From positions 2,632 through 66,631 of the forward strand of contig CAYTWI010000003.1 of assembly GCA_964442045.1 (NCBI GenBank): DNA of 64,000 nt. The letters run 5' to 3'. Shown piece by piece: positions 8,206-17,613 of this stretch. The notes under the pieces were generated by a model. The model made no database searches, was not told where the DNA came from, and saw only the letters and a list, made by a program, of their open reading frames with translations. Position 1 is the first letter of the stretch; each line of letters begins with the position of its first letter. The stretch is from an uncultured Bifidobacterium sp. (GTDB lineage: Bacteria; Bacteroidota; Bacteroidia; UKL13-3). The translations under genes and the position numbers were made by a program.

Positions 8206-11013
8206 ATGAAAAATTTATTTGCGACCATGTTATTTAGTTTAGCTTTTGTATTATTTACAAATGCGCAAACTGGTAAAATAACTGGTAAAGTGTTTGATAA
8301 TAAGACAAGTGGTGCATTGATTGGTGTGAAAATTATGATTGAAGGCACTGCTACAGGCACATCAAGCGATTACGAAGGAAAATTTACCATTACCAAATTA
8401 GCACCGGGTACCTACAATGTAGTGGCCAGTTATTTAGGTTATAACAAAAAAATAATTACCGGTATTGAGGTAAAAAATGGCGAAGCAGCTTCTATCACCG
8501 TATCAATGGAAGAAGCATCGAAAAAATTAGGCGAAGTAGTAATTAGAGGTGAAGTAAAAAAAGAAAGCGCTAATGCCTTATTAATACAACAAAAAAATGC
8601 CACTACTATTTCTGACGGGGTATCTATTGAAACCATCAGAAAAACTCCGGACAGAAACACCAGCGATGTTTTAAAAAGAGTAAGTGGTGCTACAATTCAG
8701 GATAACAAATACGCTATAATAAGAGGTTTGCCAGACAGGTATAATGCTGCTTTTATTAACGGAGCGCCACTTCCAAGTTCAGAGCCTGACAGAAAAGCAT
8801 TTGCTTTCGATATTTTCCCGGCCAATTTATTAGACAATATAGTTATTGTAAAATCAGCTACACCTGATTTACCAGGAGAGTTTGCAGGCGGATTGATATT
8901 GATTAAAACAAAAGATATTCCTGATCAGAATTTTTATAACGTATCGTTTGGAACCAGTGTAAACACCTTAACTACATTCAATAAATTTAATACCAATGTA
9001 AATGGCTCAACAGACTTTTTAGGAATAGATGATGGCAAAAGAAAATTGCCGGGCAGCACACCTGATAATGCTACTTTCCAACGCTACCAAAACGATATAC
9101 AAACCATTGACGATGTGAAACGTTTAGTAAATATAGCCAAGCCGTTTAACAACAACTTTAAATTAGAAGAAAATGGTTCAATGAGACCAGCTTATAGTTT
9201 TCAGTTTAGCATGGGTCATGTTAAAAAAGTGAAATCGGCTGAGTTAGGAAGTATATTTTCATTATCAATGCAAAATACACCTACTACTCAAAAAATAGTA
9301 CGTAAGGACTACGATAACAACGGTAAAGTTTACGAATACAACGATGAGCAAAATACCATTAACACCTTAAATGGTTTTTTATGGAACATCAGTATTAAAA
9401 ACAAAAGCAATAAAATTTCATTCAAAAATTTATTAAACATTAATTCAAACGACCAGACAGTAACCAGAACAGGTGAAGATTTAATCAATGGATTTATGTA
9501 TAAATCATATGCTATGTGGTATACACAAAACATATTGAACAGCCACCAGGTAAACGGAGAGCATTATGTTAAAAAATTTGAATCGAAAATTAACTGGACA
9601 TTAGGTTATAGCGGCTTAAACAGAGAAACACCAGATTTAAGAAGAGTAAGATACCAAAAAGCAACAGGCGATGATAATGCCATATATGAAGTACCATTAA
9701 GCTCTACTGCACAAGCGGATATTGCTGGAAGATTTTTCTCAACTCAAAATGATAAAATTTTCAATGCAGGTTTCGATATATCGAGAGCATTGAATATTAA
9801 ATCATTCAAAAATGAAATAAAATTTGGTGCTTATGCCCAGTTAAGAGACCGTAACTTTAATGCAAGACAATTAGGTTATGCTTATGCGCCAGGCCAAAAC
9901 CCAAGCGATTTAAGAAGATTATCAATTGATGAAATATTTGCACAAGAAAATATAAGCACAACAGGACTGGTATTAAAAGAAGTAACAACTCCAACCGATG
10001 CTTATACCGCGGGAAGTAATTTATATGCTGGTTATGTACGTTTTGACAGCAAAGTAACCGAAAGATTAAGAGCTGTATGGGGCGTAAGGGTAGAGTCGTA
10101 CAACCAAAAATTAAATACCTACAAAACAGGTAGCACGGAGCCTTTTAATATTGATACAGTAGTAGTAGATTATTTACCATCAATAAACTTAGTATATGCT
10201 TTAAACAGCAAAACCAATTTAAGAGCTTCGTATTCACAAACAGTTTCACGTCCTGAGTTCAGAGAGTTAGCTTCATTTACTTTCTTTGATTTTAACGATA
10301 ACTTGTTGGTTGAAGGAAATTCATTATTGAAAAGAACAAGAATCCATAATTACGATTTACGTTATGAGTTATACCCTACACCGGCACAATTAGTATCAGC
10401 ATCGGTTTTCTACAAACAGTTTGAAGACCCGATTGAAAAATCGTTGACACAAGGCGGAAGCCCTAAAACAATGGGTTACTCAAATGTTGGTTCGGCATTC
10501 AGCTATGGTTTGGAAATTGATTATAAATTGAACTTTGGCCAATTGTTTAAAGTTAAAAATGAATTCTTATCGGGCTTAAACTTTATTGGTAACCTGGCTT
10601 ATATAAAATCAGAGGTTGACGTTTCAAAAGTATTGGCTACTGCTGAAAAATCAAGACCATTACAAGGACAATCGCCTTATATTGTAAATGCAAGTTTACA
10701 ATACACCAACGCTAAAAAAGAATACGGAGTATCTCTTTCGTTTAACAGAATAGGTGAGCGTATAGTAAACGTTGGTAACGTTGAGTATGCAAGCTATTGG
10801 GAAAAACCACGCTCGGTTATCGATTTACAAATCAACAAAACATTCTACAAGAAATTAGATGTACGTTTTGGTATCAGAGATTTGTTAGCTCAAAATATTA
10901 TTTTCTATCAGAATGGTGATGGCGATAACGCATTTGATGCATCAAAAGACAGAGAAATATGGAATTATAAAGTAGGTTCATCATACTCTATAAACCTTAG
11001 CTATAAGTTTTAA
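8206..11013 (+). CDS. TonB-dependent outer-membrane receptor
   Basis: Signal peptide MKNLFATMLFSLAFVLFTNAQ begins at ATG 8206; the track ORF starts upstream at 8182. It has a CarboxypepD_reg-like N-terminus (GKITGKVFD...GYNK), a plug region, and a long beta-barrel ending NLSYKF. Confidence 0.9.
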   Translation: MKNLFATMLFSLAFVLFTNAQTGKITGKVFDNKTSGALIGVKIMIEGTATGTSSDYEGKFTITKLAPGTYNVVASYLGYNKKIITGIEVKNGEAASITVSMEEASKKLGEVVIRGEVKKESANALLIQQKNATTISDGVSIETIRKTPDRNTSDVLKRVSGATIQDNKYAIIRGLPDRYNAAFINGAPLPSSEPDRKAFAFDIFPANLLDNIVIVKSATPDLPGEFAGGLILIKTKDIPDQNFYNVSFGTSVNTLTTFNKFNTNVNGSTDFLGIDDGKRKLPGSTPDNATFQRYQNDIQTIDDVKRLVNIAKPFNNNFKLEENGSMRPAYSFQFSMGHVKKVKSAELGSIFSLSMQNTPTTQKIVRKDYDNNGKVYEYNDEQNTINTLNGFLWNISIKNKSNKISFKNLLNINSNDQTVTRTGEDLINGFMYKSYAMWYTQNILNSHQVNGEHYVKKFESKINWTLGYSGLNRETPDLRRVRYQKATGDDNAIYEVPLSSTAQADIAGRFFSTQNDKIFNAGFDISRALNIKSFKNEIKFGAYAQLRDRNFNARQLGYAYAPGQNPSDLRRLSIDEIFAQENISTTGLVLKEVTTPTDAYTAGSNLYAGYVRFDSKVTERLRAVWGVRVESYNQKLNTYKTGSTEPFNIDTVVVDYLPSINLVYALNSKTNLRASYSQTVSRPEFRELASFTFFDFNDNLLVEGNSLLKRTRIHNYDLRYELYPTPAQLVSASVFYKQFEDPIEKSLTQGGSPKTMGYSNVGSAFSYGLEIDYKLNFGQLFKVKNEFLSGLNFIGNLAYIKSEVDVSKVLATAEKSRPLQGQSPYIVNASLQYTNAKKEYGVSLSFNRIGERIVNVGNVEYASYWEKPRSVIDLQINKTFYKKLDVRFGIRDLLAQNIIFYQNGDGDNAFDASKDREIWNYKVGSSYSINLSYKF

Positions 11014-11042
11014 TAACATAGCTTAAATTACATTATAAAATG

Positions 11043-11077
11043 AAAGGTGTTTGATTTACTTCAAACACCTTTTTTTA
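11043..11077 (+). terminator. Rho-independent terminator after the TonB receptor gene
   Basis: AAAGGTGTTTGA / TCAAACACCTTT stem with a 6-nt loop, followed by TTTTT. Confidence 0.75.
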
Positions 11078-11127
11078 TTGGCCTCCCGGGCTATTTGTAA
11101 TGTGTAAAAAATATTACACTACTTTAC

Positions 11128-11162
11128 CTTAACTTAACATTGAATTGAATATTTGATAACAG
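11128..11162. promoter_or_regulatory. CTTAAC-type repeats upstream of the giant T9SS gene, sharing a 12-mer with the 8117 site
   Basis: CTTAACATTGAA at 11133-11144 is identical to 8117-8128. Related octamers follow at 11-bp steps (11133, 11144, 11155). Confidence 0.35.
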
Positions 11163-11206
11163 GGTAGAGGTTACTTTGCCCCATCTTAAATAAAACAAAT
11201 AAGAAA

Positions 11207-14200
11207 ATGAAAAAAATTATTACTTCTGTTTTTATGCTTATGTTTACGGTAGTAGCATTTGCACAAAACAATTTTTTCACTCCTACTAATTATAGAGGAG
11301 CCTTTGATTCTGATACCACAAGGGATTGGACAAAAGGATGGGCAAACTGGGATCCAAACAATACTGTTTATCCGGCAACAACGGTTACAGTGAACGGTGG
11401 AGACATTACTACTAACACAACATGGACAAAAAACAATGTGTATTTATTAAACGATGGTTATATATATGTTACAAACAATGCAACATTAACCATTGAACCA
11501 GGAACCGTAATAAGAGGAACCGGAAAAGGTACTTTAATTATTTGCCGTGGTGCTAAAATTATAGCTCGTGGTACTAAAGCAGAACCTATTGTATTTACTT
11601 CAAGCAAAGGTGCAGGTTTAAGAGCTCCTGGCGATTGGGGTGGTTTAGTATTAACAGGTAAAGCTATCCATAATTTACCGCAAGGTGATACAGCTGCTGC
11701 AGAAGGCGGTATTGCAAAACCGGTTACAGGTTCAGGTTTAATTGATGGCCGTCATGGTGGAACAGATGATGAAGATAGTTCAGGTGTTTTAACTTATGTA
11801 CGTGTAGAGTTTGCCGGTATTCCATTATCAACAGCTGCTAACTCAGAAATCAATGGTATCACTTTCTATTCAGTAGGAAGAAAAACATTAGTTGATTATG
11901 TTCAGGTTTCATACTCAGGTGACGACTCATACGAGTGGTTTGGTGGAACAGTAAATGCAAAACACTTAATTGCTTATGCAGGTATTGACGATGATTTTGA
12001 TACAGATAACGGATTCAGAGGTTTAATTCAATTTGGTATTGGTGCTCGTATTCCTCAAAATGCTGACCAAAGTGGTTCAAACGGATTTGAGAGTGATAAT
12101 GATGCAAACGGTTCTAATAATGCTCCAAGAACAGCAGCAGTATTCTCAAATATGACTATGGTAGGTCCATACTTTACAGGTCAAACAGTAACACCAAATT
12201 CAAACTTCCAACGTGCAGCACATATCAGAAGAAACTCAGCATTAACAGTTGTAAACTCAATTTTACAAGGTTACCCAAGTGCAGGTTTATTAATAGATTC
12301 AAGAAGAACAAATGCCGCTTTCCAAAATGGTGATGCTATATTTAAAAACAATGTAGTAGCAGGTATTCCTTCAGGATGGGCAGGCAGATTAGCTTCTTCA
12401 TCAGATACATTAGCAGTAACTACAAGCTCACAAGTAGCTGCATGGGTAGTAAATAACGGAACAGATACATTCAACACTTCAAACGATGTGAATTTGGTTA
12501 GACCATTTTTATATACCAATCCTAACTTTGCACCTACTTCTTCTTCAATAGCAAAAGCAGGTTCAAACTTTAATACAGGTAAAACGCCTTACGATGCAAA
12601 ACCGGTTGTTGATTTCAGCACAGCTAATACAGCATTGGCTTATACTTTTACTAACTTAACCAATACTAAAGGTTTTACTACACGCTACGCATGGGATTTT
12701 GGTGTTACCACATCAACTGCTGATACTTCTACATTGGCTAATCCTACATTTACTTTCCCGGGTAATGGAAGTTATACAGTAACTTTAAAAGCAGTAAACG
12801 CTTTCGACTCAACAGTATTTAGCAAAGCAGTAGTAGTAAACGTAAATTTAAAACCAGCTGCTGATTTTACATTTGCACAAACAAATCCTGCAACCAGAGA
12901 TTTTATTTTTAACAACACTACCAATACAAAAGGTTACGCAACTACTTATTCATGGGATTTTGGTGTGAGCTCATCAACTGTTGATACTTCAACATTAGCC
13001 AGCCCATCATTTACTTTCCCTTCGAATGGTTTTTACACAGTAACATTAAAAGCAAAAAACCAATACGATAGTATTACCGTTTCAAAAATTGTTGGTGCAA
13101 CCGCAACAGTAGCTCAAAACAATTTCTTTGAATATACCAACTACCGTGGTGCTATAAGCGCTGATACTACAAAAGACTGGACAAAAGGATGGGCTAATTG
13201 GGATCCAAACAATACCACTTACCCTACAACAACAGTAACTATACCTGGTGGCGATATTACTACCAATACAACATGGACAAAAAACAATGTGTATTTATTA
13301 AACGATGGTTATATATATGTTACAAACAATGCAACATTAACCATTGAACCAGGAACCGTAATAAGAGGAACCGGAAAAGGTACTTTAATTATTTGCCGTG
13401 GTGCTAAAATTATAGCTCGTGGTACTAAAGCAGAACCTATTGTATTTACTTCAAGCAAAGGTGCAGGTTTAAGAGCTCCTGGCGATTGGGGTGGTTTAGT
13501 ATTAACAGGTAAAGCTATCCATAATTTACCGCAAGGTGATACAGCTGCTGCAGAAGGCGGTATTGCAAAACCGGTTACAGGTTCAGGTTTAATTGATGGC
13601 CGTCATGGTGGAACAGATGATGAAGATAGTTCAGGTGTTTTAACTTATGTACGTGTAGAGTTTGCCGGTATTCCATTATCAACAGCTGCTAACTCAGAAA
13701 TCAATGGTATCACTTTCTATTCAGTAGGAAGAAAAACATTAGTTGATTATGTTCAGGTTTCATACTCAGGTGACGACTCATACGAGTGGTTTGGTGGAAC
13801 AGTAAATGCAAAACACTTAATTGCTTATGCAGGTATTGACGATGATTTTGATACAGATAACGGATTCAGAGGTTTAATTCAATTTGGTATTGGTGCTCGT
13901 ATTCCTCAAAATGCTGACCAAAGTGGTTCAAACGGATTTGAGAGTGATAATGATGCAAACGGTTCTAATAATGCTCCAAGAACAGCAGCAGTATTCTCAA
14001 ATATGACTATGGTAGGTCCATACTTTACAGGTCAAACAGTAACACCAAATTCAAACTTCCAACGTGCAGCACATATCAGAAGAAACTCAGCATTAACAGT
14101 TGTAAACTCAATTTTACAAGGTTACCCAAGTGCTGGTTTATTAATTGATTCACGTTTAACTAACTCACATTTCCAAAACGGAACAGCTGTATTTAAAAAC

Positions 14201-15241
14201 AACGTAGTAGCAGGTATTCCTTCAGGATGGGCAGGCAGATTAGCTTCTTCGTCAGATACATTAGCTTTAACTACAAGCTCACAAGTAGCTGCATGGGTAG
14301 TAACTAATGGAACAGATACATTCAACACTTCAAACGAAGTTAACCTGGTTAGACCATTTATGTATACCAACCCTAACTATGCACCTACTACTACTTCGGT
14401 AGCAAAAGCAGGTTCAAACTTTACTACAGGTAAAACGCCTTTCAACTCAACTCCTATTGTTGATTTTTCTTTTGCTCCTTCGGTTCCAAATTCTAAAACA
14501 TATAACTTCAGTAATTTAACCGATACAAGAGGTATCAATACAACTTATACCTGGGATTTTGGCGGACAAGGTACTTCAACCGATGAGAACCCAACATTTA
14601 CTTTCACTACTAACGGAAGCTATATTGTTAAGTTAACAGCTAAAAATGCATTTGATTCATCGTTTGCAAACAAAACAGTAGTAGTATCAGTTTCTGATAA
14701 ACCGGCTGCTAATTTCACATTTGCACAAACAACAACTACCGGTTCACGTCAGTTTACCTTTACCAATACTACTGACGAAAAAGGTTCAGCAACTACTTAT
14801 GCATGGGATTTTGGTGTAACAGGTTCAACAACCGATACTTCATCGGCTAAAAACCCTGTGTTTACTTTCCCTGCAAATGGTACTTATACCGTTCAGTTAA
14901 TTGCAAGCAATGCTTTCTTAGCTGATACTGTTACTAAAACAGTTACCGTAATTGCTTCATCAGTTACAGAAGTAAGCAAAGCAATTAACCAGTTAATGGT
15001 TTATCCTAACCCAACCAGCGATAACGTAACAGTAGCGTTTGATTTAGGAAAAGCCAACGATGTACAAATTGATTTAGTAGACATTACAGGTAAAGTAATC
15101 AGAACAACTAACAGCATGAGATTTGCTTCAGGTATGAATGAAATTACTTTAAACACAGCTGATATTAACCAAGGTATCTACTTTGTGAAAGTAAGCACTC
15201 AGGAGTCTAGCAAAACAACACGTTTAGTAATTGTAAAATAA
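11207..15241 (+). CDS. Giant secreted T9SS cargo protein with two tandem 617-aa units (Gly/Asp-rich beta-helix-like module plus two PKD-like modules each)
   Basis: 1344 aa with a signal peptide ending AFAQ. The N-terminal motif NNFF.(P/Y)TNYRGA...WTKGWANWDPNNT occurs twice. PKD-like WDFG...NP.FTFP..G.Y.V.L occurs four times. The C-terminal T9SS sorting domain reads VYPNPTSDNVTV...GIYFVKV...RLVIVK. Confidence 0.85.
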   Translation: MKKIITSVFMLMFTVVAFAQNNFFTPTNYRGAFDSDTTRDWTKGWANWDPNNTVYPATTVTVNGGDITTNTTWTKNNVYLLNDGYIYVTNNATLTIEPGTVIRGTGKGTLIICRGAKIIARGTKAEPIVFTSSKGAGLRAPGDWGGLVLTGKAIHNLPQGDTAAAEGGIAKPVTGSGLIDGRHGGTDDEDSSGVLTYVRVEFAGIPLSTAANSEINGITFYSVGRKTLVDYVQVSYSGDDSYEWFGGTVNAKHLIAYAGIDDDFDTDNGFRGLIQFGIGARIPQNADQSGSNGFESDNDANGSNNAPRTAAVFSNMTMVGPYFTGQTVTPNSNFQRAAHIRRNSALTVVNSILQGYPSAGLLIDSRRTNAAFQNGDAIFKNNVVAGIPSGWAGRLASSSDTLAVTTSSQVAAWVVNNGTDTFNTSNDVNLVRPFLYTNPNFAPTSSSIAKAGSNFNTGKTPYDAKPVVDFSTANTALAYTFTNLTNTKGFTTRYAWDFGVTTSTADTSTLANPTFTFPGNGSYTVTLKAVNAFDSTVFSKAVVVNVNLKPAADFTFAQTNPATRDFIFNNTTNTKGYATTYSWDFGVSSSTVDTSTLASPSFTFPSNGFYTVTLKAKNQYDSITVSKIVGATATVAQNNFFEYTNYRGAISADTTKDWTKGWANWDPNNTTYPTTTVTIPGGDITTNTTWTKNNVYLLNDGYIYVTNNATLTIEPGTVIRGTGKGTLIICRGAKIIARGTKAEPIVFTSSKGAGLRAPGDWGGLVLTGKAIHNLPQGDTAAAEGGIAKPVTGSGLIDGRHGGTDDEDSSGVLTYVRVEFAGIPLSTAANSEINGITFYSVGRKTLVDYVQVSYSGDDSYEWFGGTVNAKHLIAYAGIDDDFDTDNGFRGLIQFGIGARIPQNADQSGSNGFESDNDANGSNNAPRTAAVFSNMTMVGPYFTGQTVTPNSNFQRAAHIRRNSALTVVNSILQGYPSAGLLIDSRLTNSHFQNGTAVFKNNVVAGIPSGWAGRLASSSDTLALTTSSQVAAWVVTNGTDTFNTSNEVNLVRPFMYTNPNYAPTTTSVAKAGSNFTTGKTPFNSTPIVDFSFAPSVPNSKTYNFSNLTDTRGINTTYTWDFGGQGTSTDENPTFTFTTNGSYIVKLTAKNAFDSSFANKTVVVSVSDKPAANFTFAQTTTTGSRQFTFTNTTDEKGSATTYAWDFGVTGSTTDTSSAKNPVFTFPANGTYTVQLIASNAFLADTVTKTVTVIASSVTEVSKAINQLMVYPNPTSDNVTVAFDLGKANDVQIDLVDITGKVIRTTNSMRFASGMNEITLNTADINQGIYFVKVSTQESSKTTRLVIVK
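11264..14965 (+). repeat. In-frame tandem duplication, unit 1851 bp (617 codons), inside the CDS
   Basis: Unit 1 starts at 11264 and unit 2 at 13115. Segments 11417-12282 and 13268-14133 (866 bp) are identical by eye, while the flanks are clearly diverged. Confidence 0.9.
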
Positions 15242-15300
15242 TAAGTCAATATAGTTAAAAGGTAGCTGTTAGCTGCCTTTTAATAATTTTGTTTAAGATT

Positions 15301-15331
15301 AAAAGCACCACTGAAAAGTGGTGCTTTTTTT
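15301..15331. terminator. Strong rho-independent terminator (A-run / GC stem / T-run, potentially bidirectional)
   Basis: AAAAGCACCAC-TGAAAA-GTGGTGCTTTTTTT. A weaker hairpin lies at 15257-15281. Confidence 0.8.
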
Positions 15332-15530
15332 ATGTTTCGACTACGCTCAACATACGTCAGTATAATAGTTTATATTAGTAAAGAGTATTGTGTCTTCACC
15401 ATAAAAAGTGTACGCATAAAAGTCACGAAATGATTTAATTTGAATAACACCTTATGAAATGCGGTGTAGTAACAGTAATATACTTCACCCACCCAAAGCC
15501 AATGCAGGCGTCCTCGCCTGCCTATACAAG

Positions 15531-16379
15531 CTAATACTCGTAAAAGCCTTTACCCGTTTTACGACCATGCAAGCCTGCATCAACCTTTTGTTGCTGAATG
15601 CGGTTAGGCCTGAATTTACCATCCTGGTTAAACAAGTTATACATAGAAGTTGTAACCGATAAATTAGTATCCACACCAATCAGGTCCATTAAGCGAAAAG
15701 GTCCCATTTTAAAACCGCTGCTTTCCAGCAAAGCATCAATATCTTCAAAAGAAGCCACCTGCTCTTCCATTATTTTTAAACCCTCTACATAATAATGGCG
15801 GGCTACACGGTTCACTATAAAGCCCGGTGCATCGGCTGCTATAACACAGGTTTTACCCATGCTTTCAATTAGTTTTTTTGCATGCAGGGCAATGTTTTTA
15901 TCACTTTGTGCGCCAATAATTATCTCCACCAATTTCATAATGGGAGCAGGGTTAAAAAAGTGAATACCTATAACGCGTTCCGGGTTGGGTATTTTAGCGG
16001 CAATTTGTGTAATGGGTATAGAAGAAGTATTGCTGGCCAAAATGCAATCAGGGCCGTTAATAGCAGCTACTTTATTAAAAAAATCGTGTTTAATATCAAT
16101 GCGTTCAATAACCGCTTCTATAATTAAGTCGGCTACCACCTCGTTAATATTGGTGGTAAAATGTATCAGTGAAAGCGTATTTTCCTTTTGCGCAGCCGTT
16201 ATTTTTCCTTTATCGGTTAAAAACTGCAAGCCTTTTTCAATGCCTGTTTTAGCTTTATCCAATACTGTTTGGTTAATATCAAACAATATGGTTTTATAAG
16301 CACTTTGCGCAGTAACCTGTGCTATACCCGCACCCATAGTTCCTGCTCCGGCAATGGCAATGGTTTTAATTTCTTTCAT
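15531..16379 (-). CDS. 3-hydroxyacyl-CoA / 3-hydroxybutyryl-CoA dehydrogenase
   Basis: Rossmann motif IAIAGAGTMGAGIA follows MKEIK. The track ORF extends 10 codons further upstream to 16409. The length and C-terminal domain are typical of the Hbd/FadB family. Confidence 0.85.
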   Translation of the reverse strand: MKEIKTIAIAGAGTMGAGIAQVTAQSAYKTILFDINQTVLDKAKTGIEKGLQFLTDKGKITAAQKENTLSLIHFTTNINEVVADLIIEAVIERIDIKHDFFNKVAAINGPDCILASNTSSIPITQIAAKIPNPERVIGIHFFNPAPIMKLVEIIIGAQSDKNIALHAKKLIESMGKTCVIAADAPGFIVNRVARHYYVEGLKIMEEQVASFEDIDALLESSGFKMGPFRLMDLIGVDTNLSVTTSMYNLFNQDGKFRPNRIQQQKVDAGLHGRKTGKGFYEY

Positions 16380-16501
16380 GGGGCACAAAATTATGGTTTG
16401 ATTTGACAAAAACTAGTTGCCTTTTTGCTTGCCTGTTCAGCAATTTTGACAATTGTTTTTAATGGAATTCTCCTATCATTGAGCCCGAAAAAACCAAAAC
16501 G

Positions 16502-16954
16502 ATGATAACATTAATACGTACCAATTCGGACAACACAGACTTTCAGGCACTGGTAAGAGAGCTTGATATGGACCTGAAAATAAGAGACGGGGAAGACCAT
16601 GCTTTTTTTGCACAGTACAACAAAATAGATATGATTAAACACGTGGTAGTAGCGTACGATGGAAATGAACCTGTTGGTTGCGGGGCCGTTAAGCAATATG
16701 ATGCAGATACCATGGAAGTAAAAAGAATGTTTGTGCCTTTGCATAGACGCGGACAAGGCATTGCCTCACTGGTTTTGCAGGAGCTGGAAAAATGGACCAA
16801 AGAGCTGAACTTTAAAAAATGCATTTTAGAAACAGGCGAAAAACAACCTGAAGCCATTAGCTTATATAAAAAAAATAAGTATGCAATAATCCCCAATTTC
16901 GGGCAGTATGCCGATGTGGAATCGAGCGTTTGTTTCGAGAAAGAAATAGCATAA
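16502..16954 (+). CDS. GNAT-family N-acetyltransferase
   Basis: 150 aa with acetyl-CoA binding motif RRGQGIASLVL. Confidence 0.8.
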   Translation: MITLIRTNSDNTDFQALVRELDMDLKIRDGEDHAFFAQYNKIDMIKHVVVAYDGNEPVGCGAVKQYDADTMEVKRMFVPLHRRGQGIASLVLQELEKWTKELNFKKCILETGEKQPEAISLYKKNKYAIIPNFGQYADVESSVCFEKEIA

Positions 16955-16976
16955 TTGAACCCACTATAATTTGCCC

Positions 16977-17046
16977 AAGTTTGGTGTCCTCACCAACCTT
17001 TCTCCATAACCATTTGTCCAAGGTTGGTATCCTTACCAACCTTTTT
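16977..17046. terminator. Two tandem copies of one hairpin between convergent genes; the second is a good bidirectional terminator
   Basis: The first copy is AGTTTGGTG-TCCT-CACCAACCT (16978-16999). The second is AAGGTTGGTA-TCCT-TACCAACCTT (17020-17043) followed by TTT. Confidence 0.6.
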
Positions 17047-17050
17047 AGTA

Positions 17051-17509
17051 TCACTGCTTGGTAAATGTTCTTTTACCCCGGTAAACAAAATGCTGCTTTC
17101 CTTTAATGTCATACACATCCATATCTTCTTCAATAGCAACAGCACTATCCGTCCAGTTAAGGAGTATAAAATCGCCTTTTAAAGTATATTTTTCATCCTC
17201 CCAATTCCATATAGAGCCAATATCAAATTTAGGCTTAACAATAATGGTATCTGCCGGAAAATGGAGTTGCTTTTTACTTAACAGCGTGGCAGAATCAAGA
17301 ATGGTGAAGGTAAGGATATAACTAAAGTTACCATCCAACGCACGTGTTCGGTAACTGACTATTTGTTTTATTTCTGTTGGCCTTTTCTGGCTAATTATAT
17401 TGTACTCCCTATAACCTTGTTTATTTTTTAACGATAATACCTTGGTGGTTTGGCAGGCAAACAAAATAGTCAGCATAAAAAGTAAGCTTGTTAAAATGGT
17501 TCGGGTCAT
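17051..17509 (-). CDS. Hypothetical lipoprotein
   Basis: 152 aa with a signal peptide ending in lipobox-like LFAC. I recognise no family. Confidence 0.55.
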   Translation of the reverse strand: MTRTILTSLLFMLTILFACQTTKVLSLKNKQGYREYNIISQKRPTEIKQIVSYRTRALDGNFSYILTFTILDSATLLSKKQLHFPADTIIVKPKFDIGSIWNWEDEKYTLKGDFILLNWTDSAVAIEEDMDVYDIKGKQHFVYRGKRTFTKQ

Positions 17510-17613
17510 TTAGCAGCGTATAAGAGGTTAAACAAGTTTTGTTATCAAAAATAATCTTTATAGAGTGGAAAATGCATTATCAATTACGCTAATTAAATAC
17601 AGGAAATGCTGCT

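Noticed and set aside
12271-14370. Antisense ORFs 12271-12519 and 14122-14370 (82 aa each, nearly identical).
   Set aside because: They are shadow ORFs on the opposite strand of the duplicated CDS. Their similarity simply mirrors the 1851-bp duplication.
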